In this document: positions 8,247 to 15,396 of the stretch, piece after piece | How positions within the stretch are numbered: the stretch's first letter is position 1 | How the letters are laid out: the number at the start of each line of letters is the position of its first letter | Origin: Gemmatimonadota bacterium | Lineage (GTDB): Bacteria; Gemmatimonadota; Gemmatimonadetes; Palauibacterales; KS3-K002 | Length of the DNA stretch: 33,023 bases | Direction: 5' to 3' | Assembly (NCBI GenBank): GCA_039586795.1 | Contig: JBDHJS010000039.1 | Coordinates: 1-33,023 of the forward strand | Made by a program: the position numbers and the translations under genes | Notes under the pieces: generated by a model | What the model was told of the DNA's origin: nothing | Database searches by the model: none | What the model saw: the letters and a program-made list of their open reading frames with translations, nothing else

Positions 8247-9359
8247 TCAATCCGCGCCAACACCGGTCATGCGCGATTCCCAGACGCTCATCATCCGTAT
8301 GATAGCCTCGGTCAGCTGCGGATCGAACTGGCTGCCGGCGCCCTGGCGCATCAAGTCAATGATCTCGTCCGTTGACAGCGGATCGCGAAACGGGCGGCGA
8401 GTGCGACACGCGTCATACACATCGCAAATCTGAATCAGCCGGCTGGCCGGGTGGAGGCGCCGACGATATCGGAAGCCGGGGTAACCGCCACGACCGTTCC
8501 AATTCATGTGGTGTTCGTAGGCGACAGTAGCCGCGAGCTCGAGGCGCTTGCCCGACCTGAGCAGTAGCCTGGCACCATCGATCGGGTGACGCTTGACGAT
8601 CGCCCACTCATCCGGGTTGAGGCCGCCCGGTTTGCCCAGAACCGCGGGCGGGACGAAGGTCTTTCCTACATCATGGAGCAGCGCAGCCTCACCGATCCGC
8701 CTGACATCACCGCTTGAGAAACGCAGGAACTCGGCCAGCCCCATCGACAGAATCGATGAATTGATCGAGTGGATCGTCGTATACTGATCGGCCTGCTTGA
8801 GCGGCACGAGGGGAACCAGTAGCCTGCCGCTATGCCGCATCGCCTGCGAGAGCGTGTGGACAACACCCCGTGCCAACGACTCGGAGACGCGGCCCTCTTG
8901 ATAGGCCTTTTCGTGCAACGCGTCGACCGATTCGATCGCCTCAACGAGCCCGGACTCCATATCCGGCAGGCTGACGGGTCCGAACCTGATGTGTTCCGTA
9001 TTCCAGGTTGGCTTCCTGCCGTCTCCGTTCTCGGCACCAAGTCGGAGATGGACCTCGTCGATCAGACTCTGCAGTTCTTCTTGGCTGACTCCGGGGACAA
9101 ACTCGAGGCGCTGGATCTTACTTTCGGCCAGCCGCCGACCCAGCGGCCAGGACTTCGCCTCTCTCAGCGGCTGGTCACGATAGACAACTTCGCTATCCAG
9201 GAAGCAGAACACTGGTTTCGGTGACTCACGAATGAGCGCGCGGAGCTCCTCGAGCAGTTCGATGACGGCTTCGTTACGCGCCGGGTGATCCGGCGCGTAC
9301 AGATTCATCGTCGCGAACACTTGCGAGAAAGCGCTGAGGAACTTCAGGGCTTGGCTCAT
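8247..9359 (-). CDS. HD-GYP domain phosphodiesterase with an uncharacterised N-terminal domain
   Basis: DQYTTIHS, LLHDVGK, KPGGL...EW.IVKRHP, EHH....G.GGYP, ICDVYDA....RPFR, G.QFDP. Confidence 0.9.
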   Translation of the reverse strand: MSQALKFLSAFSQVFATMNLYAPDHPARNEAVIELLEELRALIRESPKPVFCFLDSEVVYRDQPLREAKSWPLGRRLAESKIQRLEFVPGVSQEELQSLIDEVHLRLGAENGDGRKPTWNTEHIRFGPVSLPDMESGLVEAIESVDALHEKAYQEGRVSESLARGVVHTLSQAMRHSGRLLVPLVPLKQADQYTTIHSINSSILSMGLAEFLRFSSGDVRRIGEAALLHDVGKTFVPPAVLGKPGGLNPDEWAIVKRHPIDGARLLLRSGKRLELAATVAYEHHMNWNGRGGYPGFRYRRRLHPASRLIQICDVYDACRTRRPFRDPLSTDEIIDLMRQGAGSQFDPQLTEAIIRMMSVWESRMTGVGAD

Positions 9360-11386
9360 TCGCTATCCTCCGCAGCGGTCAGCGCAGCGCGGATCGACGA
9401 ATTGCTGGACCGCGCGGCGCGCCGTAGTATTCGGCGTGCCCGGCTATCGGTTGGCCAATCCTTGGCCAGCACAGTAAGTGCCGTCACGGTGATGGGCGAT
9501 GGCGGCGCGAGCCTACCACGCCACGGAAACTTGCGCAACCAGGTCAGCCGGATCAGCGCCCGCAACGCTTTTTCGCTGCGACTACCACTCAGGGCACGGA
9601 CTCCCCGCAGCCGCACACCCGGGCTCAACTCGTGATCCAGCACGTGCCTGGCGACGTAGGGAACGGCAGCCGCCGGACATTCATCCGCGGCTGCCGTCAA
9701 ACCGATCCCGATCGTTCGCTCATCCTGCTCGCCCAACGCCGTCAGGACCGCCCGTTCGCGCAGCGTCGGCACCTTCAGCGCCAGCTTCACCGCCTCGTGC
9801 CGGACCCTGGCCTCGGAGTGCTCCAGGAAGGGGGCCGGCGTGAAGCCGGCGGGTTGTGTGTCGAGTTGGTTCAGCAGGTTGAGCATGTTGCGCAGAACGA
9901 ACCAGCGGCCGTCGTCCAGTCGCTTCACGGCCAGAGGACCGACTTCCGGACCCAGCGAGACAAGACGAGGGAGCAGCTCTCTTCGCGTGGGGCGCGACTC
10001 TGTTTCCATCAACACATCCAGCATCGGCTCGGCAGCGTCCATACCGAGGCGCGGGATGATGCGATCGAGAGCATCGAAGTCGGGTTGTTTACCGGAGAGC
10101 AGCTGTCGCACGCGCTCCGGTGTGGCCACGACCTTCCATAGCTCGCTCGCAGTCTCGCTTCGTACGGTAGAGCCCTCGAGTAAATCGACGATACTCGAGA
10201 ACTCACCCTGGTCAAGCAGTGCCAGCGCGGCCCGCCGGGCCGAATTGCTAATGTCGTCGATCTCGAGGCTGATCTGAATGATCCGTTCCGGCCGTGGTTC
10301 TGAGAGCAAGCTCTCGCCGGTTTGCAGGGCAGGAGTGGCGCTGATGAGTTGACCCAGCGCCTTCTCGTAGGTCTCCGGCTTGTGATCACCGACTTCCCAA
10401 CCCCCCGCCAACTGACCGACGAGGTCTCCGAACGAGTTGTCCGCGGGCATGCTTGGTGCCTCCGTCGCATTCTCCGCGTACATGCCGATCTTGGTGAGCA
10501 GCCGAACAAGCCAGATGGGAACCTGCTCGTTGGAGACGTCCTGGGCCGCCTGGATAAGTTCCTCTACCGCCTCCGCCGTGACCTCTCTCCGTCCGTCCTC
10601 GTCATCGAGCTCGCCGGAAGACCGGGCCAACTCGAGAAGTTCCGAGAGCTTGTCCCTGTCAAGACTCAAGATCAGGCGCGACACCCCCCGCCTCACGGAT
10701 GCAGCGTTCTCATCCGATCCATCCCACGCCTGCAGTATGTTCGGGAGGTGGTTCTCGATCAGCTGGTCAACTCCGGGCTTCCCTGCGCTGGCTTCCTGGC
10801 TCGCATCCGCGCTCAGCAGATCGATCGCATCGCCAGCGCCCGTCTGCGCATCCGGAACGCGCGCCCAAAACCGATTTACGTCGGCCGCGTCGACTCGGCC
10901 ATCTTCGCCATCCTCACTACCACGTGAGATCGCATCGTACGGCACCGGCTCCACGAGGATGTTCGGCCACCGCTCCAGTTGCTCAGCACTCGCCGCACCG
11001 AGCGCCGTATCCGCCTGTTGGGGCTCGATGCCGATCGTGGTCAGAAAATCGTGGAGCTCTTTCTCGCCGCACTCGCTGCGCAGAGTGACAGAGAGCAGTT
11101 GATGGCCATGCAGCCACTTCGCCAGCGCTTCAAGCCGAGGATGCTTTGGAGGGGTGATCCAGTCTCCGACCACGAGGGCGTCCGGCAGTACCTTGATGCG
11201 CAGAGCATCGCCTGCGGCAACCACTTGAGTGAGGTGCTCGAGCAGCTTCGCCGCCTCCGTCGCCAGAGCCGGGTGCCCGCTGGGATACATCGAGTGCCTG
11301 TGCAGGGCGACTGCCAGCCGGACCAGAAACTCGGTCATCTGACTGGGCATCACGCCGCCGTCAGTTGCCTTAGCACTCGTGTTCAT
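9356..11386 (-). CDS. HEAT-repeat-containing protein
   Basis: 676 aa. C-terminal HEAT-like repeats (RLDDGRWFVLRNMLNLL, LEHSEARVRHEAVKL, VRLRGVRAL). ATGA overlap with the HD-GYP gene. Confidence 0.82.
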   Translation of the reverse strand: MNTSAKATDGGVMPSQMTEFLVRLAVALHRHSMYPSGHPALATEAAKLLEHLTQVVAAGDALRIKVLPDALVVGDWITPPKHPRLEALAKWLHGHQLLSVTLRSECGEKELHDFLTTIGIEPQQADTALGAASAEQLERWPNILVEPVPYDAISRGSEDGEDGRVDAADVNRFWARVPDAQTGAGDAIDLLSADASQEASAGKPGVDQLIENHLPNILQAWDGSDENAASVRRGVSRLILSLDRDKLSELLELARSSGELDDEDGRREVTAEAVEELIQAAQDVSNEQVPIWLVRLLTKIGMYAENATEAPSMPADNSFGDLVGQLAGGWEVGDHKPETYEKALGQLISATPALQTGESLLSEPRPERIIQISLEIDDISNSARRAALALLDQGEFSSIVDLLEGSTVRSETASELWKVVATPERVRQLLSGKQPDFDALDRIIPRLGMDAAEPMLDVLMETESRPTRRELLPRLVSLGPEVGPLAVKRLDDGRWFVLRNMLNLLNQLDTQPAGFTPAPFLEHSEARVRHEAVKLALKVPTLRERAVLTALGEQDERTIGIGLTAAADECPAAAVPYVARHVLDHELSPGVRLRGVRALSGSRSEKALRALIRLTWLRKFPWRGRLAPPSPITVTALTVLAKDWPTDSRARRILRRAARSSNSSIRAALTAAEDSE

Positions 11387-11598
11387 CTAGGAACTGGCCA
11401 GTGTAATTGACTGCACATCATACTGATACGAAGCCGTGATCGGCCTAAGGCAGGAACTGTGGGGGAGGTTACCCCGGAGGGGGAGGGGCAACAACAGCGA
11501 TAAAAGATCCTATTTTAATCGATATTGCGCAAGTGCCAGTTGTTGTTTGCCTTACGTACGCTCACGACGCCCCTGGTTCGAGGGGGCGGGATGCTCTT

Positions 11599-12462
11599 CT
11601 ACTGCGCTCCGAGGTAGTCCAGAACCAGGTCGTTGAATTCCTCCGGCTTCTCCATGTTCACCATGTGGGCGACATCCGGGATTACGACCTTACGAGCGCC
11701 CGGCACCTGCTCGACGATGAGATCGGCGATCTTGAAGATGTCCGGCATGTCGATGCTCCCTACGATGACCAGCGTGGGGACATCGATCGCGCCGAGGCGC
11801 CCGAACGCCGGTGGATCGAGCTGTTCGGCCAATTGCCAGTACCGCCAGCGCTCTTCACTGCCTTCGAGCATCGTCAGGACCTTGCCACGTACGGCCGGGT
11901 CGACTTGGGAAGGCTCTCGTTTCGGACCATCACACCAGTAGCGAGTGAAGACCTCGATAGCGTCGGGAAACCCCGTCTCGAACGCTGTGGTGAGTGAGTC
12001 CACGTACTCCTGAAGCTCCGGGCTGTCGAACGGGAAGCCCGACATTCCGGAACCAACGAGCACCAGGGCGCGGGTCATCTCGGGATGGGCGAGCGCAAAG
12101 TCGATTGAGATCTGGCCGCCCATCGAAAGACCGACGAGTGTCGCCTCAGAGATGCCCAGCGCCGTCAGAAGGCCGTGAAGATCTTCATGGTCGCGAAAGG
12201 CAACAGAATCGGCGCGGGACTGACCGTGGGCGCGAACATCATAGCGAACCACGCGATAATCGCGGGCGAAGGACTCGAACTGGCCATCCCACATGCGTCG
12301 GTCCAGAAAGCCCCCGTGGATCAGGACCACCGGTTCACCCTGTCCCGCCACCTCGTAGTAGAGCTGCGCGCCGTCAACATCGACAAACCCAGCCTCGATC
12401 ACCGGTCCACCCTGGCAGGCGGTCAACAGAAGAAGCACAAATACAGTAACACGCATTGTCAT
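11599..12462 (-). CDS. Alpha/beta fold hydrolase, lipoprotein
   Basis: Lipobox LLTA-C; LIHGG, YD.R.HG.S, GLSMGG nucleophile elbow, terminal AHMVNME His. Confidence 0.92.
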   Translation of the reverse strand: MTMRVTVFVLLLLTACQGGPVIEAGFVDVDGAQLYYEVAGQGEPVVLIHGGFLDRRMWDGQFESFARDYRVVRYDVRAHGQSRADSVAFRDHEDLHGLLTALGISEATLVGLSMGGQISIDFALAHPEMTRALVLVGSGMSGFPFDSPELQEYVDSLTTAFETGFPDAIEVFTRYWCDGPKREPSQVDPAVRGKVLTMLEGSEERWRYWQLAEQLDPPAFGRLGAIDVPTLVIVGSIDMPDIFKIADLIVEQVPGARKVVIPDVAHMVNMEKPEEFNDLVLDYLGAQ

Positions 12463-13670
12463 ATACTCCCGAGCCGTTTTGGCAATTCTGAGCTGAGGTG
12501 CATCAGAACGTCATACACGGACGTATTCGTAGCGGTCGCTAGTGCATTGGGGTGAATCGCCGGGTCGTCCGGGCCGACAAGCGTCGCCACGTCGCCGACC
12601 GCAGCCGTCCGCTCCACGCCGAGCTCAATGATCGCGTGGCTGGCGCTCACGGCCCCGATGACCGGATAGAGATGTCCGTTGATCAGGACTCGGGCGCCAT
12701 CCACGGCCTTGCGCGTGTAACCATCGGAGTGGCCGACGGGCAACGTGGCGATCCAGGTGGGCTCCTCCGCGATGTAGTTTCGACCGTAGCTCACACTGTC
12801 TCCGGACCTCAACCGCTGCACGCGAACGACTCGGGCGCGCAACCGAAAGGCGGGGCGAAGCTCGGCGATTTCTCGTTCGGTGCCTTCATTGCTGGGATAG
12901 GCTCCATACAAAGAAAGCCCGGGGCGTACCATGTCCAGGTGGGACGCGGGGAAGTTGAAGACCGCGTTGGATGAGGCCGCGTGCAGAAGACCCAGATCCG
13001 CGCCGCGCGCTCGCGCCCCCCTCGCAACCTCTTTGAAGCGGCGCAGCTGTTCCTCATCGAACTCCGGCTCCTCGGTGAAGCCCATGAAGGTCCCTTCGAT
13101 CTTCACGTTCTCGAGACGCGTCACTTCCGCTAGCCACGGGAGCGCCTCGTAGTAGGGCACACCCATGCGGCTCATGCCCGTGTCCAGATAGACGTGGGCG
13201 CGTGCGGACCGGGCCGCACGGGTCGTCGCCCGAGTCACTCGCTCGGCGGCGTCATGCGTGCAGAGACTGAGGTGGATCTCGCGGCGGACGAGCTCCGGAC
13301 CGTCCTCGTCGGTGAACAATCCCATGAGCAGGACCGGTTTTCGGATACCGGCATCGCGCAGCTGGAACGCCGCAGCCGTTTTGACGACGGCGAAGCCGAC
13401 GATCTCGGCAACCGGCTCCAGCAACTCCGCCACCGTTGTCAGCCCGAGGCCGTATGCGTTGTTCTTGATCACGGCGAGGATGGGACGGCCGCCCACAAGC
13501 CTGGAGATGACGCGGACGTTTTCGACCAGCGCCGCGCCGTCAACTTCCAGCCACGGATCGAATCGGGCGTCGGATACCCCTACGGTCGCAGGTGACGGCG
13601 AGGCCAAAGACGGTCGCGCGAGAGCCGCCGCGGTTGTTGTCGTGAGGAATGTGCGACGAGAAACGCTCAT
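12459..13670 (-). CDS. alr: Alanine racemase-family PLP enzyme with a twin-arginine (Tat) signal peptide
   Basis: AVIKNNAYGLG (PLP Lys), DTGMSRMG, MVRPGLSLYG, VSYG (catalytic Tyr), PVGHSDGY. Likely start MSVSRRTFL at 13670 with GGAGG upstream. The substrate may not be alanine. Confidence 0.85.
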   Translation of the reverse strand: MSVSRRTFLTTTTAAALARPSLASPSPATVGVSDARFDPWLEVDGAALVENVRVISRLVGGRPILAVIKNNAYGLGLTTVAELLEPVAEIVGFAVVKTAAAFQLRDAGIRKPVLLMGLFTDEDGPELVRREIHLSLCTHDAAERVTRATTRAARSARAHVYLDTGMSRMGVPYYEALPWLAEVTRLENVKIEGTFMGFTEEPEFDEEQLRRFKEVARGARARGADLGLLHAASSNAVFNFPASHLDMVRPGLSLYGAYPSNEGTEREIAELRPAFRLRARVVRVQRLRSGDSVSYGRNYIAEEPTWIATLPVGHSDGYTRKAVDGARVLINGHLYPVIGAVSASHAIIELGVERTAAVGDVATLVGPDDPAIHPNALATATNTSVYDVLMHLSSELPKRLGSI

Positions 13671-13813
13671 GGAACTGCCCTCCTGCGACGGTCCGGGCGC
13701 TAGCAGCCCGAACATGGTCTCTCTTCCACGAGGAGGCTAAACTCAGGTCTCGGGCATCTTAGGTTAGGCAGCCCGGGTCCGAAAGGCGCAACAACATCGA
13801 GGAGAACAGCACC

Positions 13814-15388
13814 ATGTATCGCTGCACTCTGGTTAAACATCTCAGTCGCGCGGCCTGCGCCCTGCTTTTGACGGCGTGTGCGGTACCCGCTCAGGAACCG
13901 ACCGATCCGCTGGCGAGCATCACCGAGGCCGAACTGAGGGACCACATACACTACCTCGCATCCGACTTCCTCGAGGGCAGGGGCACCGGCGACGAAGGCT
14001 TCATGCTTGCCGCTCATTACGGCGCTATCCTATTCGCCGCCGCCGGCCTGCAGCCGATGTTCACCGACGCGTCTGGCTCACCTTCGTTCTTTCAAGCGAT
14101 CGATTTCGAGCGCTCGAAAGTCGGAGGGGCGAGCGCCATGCAGACGACGGAGGGCGGAGTGGAGAGGAGCTATAGCATCGGAGATGACTTTCTCGCCTTG
14201 CAAGTCTTTTCCGGCGGCGCGTTAAAGGTTGAAGACACACCGATATTCCTGGGATACGGCATCGACGAGGCCGACCGCGGCTGGAACGACTACAACGGGA
14301 TGGACGTGTCGGGGAAAGTCGCGGTCATCGTTGGCGGTGCGCCCACGCGTAACGGCGAACCGGTCTTGCCGGAGGAACAGCACGCTCTGTACAGCGACCT
14401 CTCCAGAAGCGCCGGCGAACGAGTGGAAGCCGCCAGGAAGAACGGCCTGGCGGCGCTCATCGTTGTGGTCGATCCCGCGTCGACTGTGCTCTGGAACAAC
14501 GTCGCGACCATGATGGGTCGCAGCCGCATGCGGCCCAAAGCAGCGGGCACGGCCGACTCCAGGCCCGGCCCCTGGATCATCCTGATCAAGGCGGAACAAG
14601 CGACAGGCCTGTTGTCGGGCACCGGCTATGACCCGGTCTCACAAACCGGACCCTGCGTTCCGGGCACTCTGGATGGTGTAGGCATCGAGTTGGATTTGAC
14701 TGTGGAACGGGAGCCCGCGTTCTCCGCACCGAACGTCGTAGGCTTGCTGCCCGGGACCGACCCGGTGCTGAAGGATGAGTACGTCGTGGTCACGGCGCAC
14801 CTCGATCATGTTGGAGTACGTAACGGCGAGATCTTCAACGGTGCTGACGACAACGCCAGCGGTAGCGCGGCGGTGATCGAGGCCGCCGAGGCCGCGGCGA
14901 TGGCGCCGGCCAGGCGCTCGATCATCTTCGTGTTGCTGACGGCCGAGGAGATGGGACTGCTCGGGGCGATGCACTTCGCGAACCATCCACCGGTACCGAT
15001 CGAGAACATCGTTCTCAACATCAACCTCGACATGGTGGGAAGGAACTCCCCCGACTGGCCAGAGTTGCTGCTGGCCATGGGCTCGGAGAACCGGCGGCCC
15101 GAACTGCTTCAACTGATCAGGGATGTGAACGAACAGGTGGGAGCTAATCTGGACTGGCGGCTCAACGAGGGGTCGGACCCTCACAACCACGTGCAGCGGA
15201 GCGATCAGCTGGCGTTCATGCAGAAAGGCATCCCGGCCATCCTGATCACTCGGGGGTTCATGCAGCCCGACTATCACCGCCCGTCCGACGACCCGGCGAC
15301 GATCAATTACGCGAAGGTGCTACAGGCTTCGCGCCTCGCCTACGCCCTGGCGATCGAGGCGGCAAACCGGGAGGTTCTCTTCGAGTAG
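13814..15388 (+). CDS. M28 family metallopeptidase with PA-domain insert, lipoprotein
   Basis: GAGGAG RBS; lipobox LLTA-C; LASD.LEGRGTG, TAHLDH, NGADDNASG, AEEMGLLG, NLDMVGR, DYH.PSD. Confidence 0.93.
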   Translation: MYRCTLVKHLSRAACALLLTACAVPAQEPTDPLASITEAELRDHIHYLASDFLEGRGTGDEGFMLAAHYGAILFAAAGLQPMFTDASGSPSFFQAIDFERSKVGGASAMQTTEGGVERSYSIGDDFLALQVFSGGALKVEDTPIFLGYGIDEADRGWNDYNGMDVSGKVAVIVGGAPTRNGEPVLPEEQHALYSDLSRSAGERVEAARKNGLAALIVVVDPASTVLWNNVATMMGRSRMRPKAAGTADSRPGPWIILIKAEQATGLLSGTGYDPVSQTGPCVPGTLDGVGIELDLTVEREPAFSAPNVVGLLPGTDPVLKDEYVVVTAHLDHVGVRNGEIFNGADDNASGSAAVIEAAEAAAMAPARRSIIFVLLTAEEMGLLGAMHFANHPPVPIENIVLNINLDMVGRNSPDWPELLLAMGSENRRPELLQLIRDVNEQVGANLDWRLNEGSDPHNHVQRSDQLAFMQKGIPAILITRGFMQPDYHRPSDDPATINYAKVLQASRLAYALAIEAANREVLFE

Positions 15389-15396
15389 ACCTGGAT

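Noticed and set aside
8199..8249. In-frame coding-like continuation (FDSTEVSELALSDSD) after the HD-GYP TGA, suggesting read-through or selenocysteine
   Set aside because: Only 15 codons, outside the catalytic domain, with no Cys-equivalent context or evident SECIS. Cannot be distinguished from chance or a recent nonsense change.
11387..11560. Possible c-di-GMP-I riboswitch ahead of the HEAT/HD-GYP operon (GGCAAAC on the minus strand; GGCCTAA...GGTTACC on the plus strand)
   Set aside because: The fragments are on opposite strands, and the GAAA-loop P2 stem and GACGCAAAGC junction are missing.
11568..11588. CGCCCCT/AGGGGGCG hairpin after the hydrolase gene as a terminator
   Set aside because: The stem is short and bulged with no U-tract; support is too weak.
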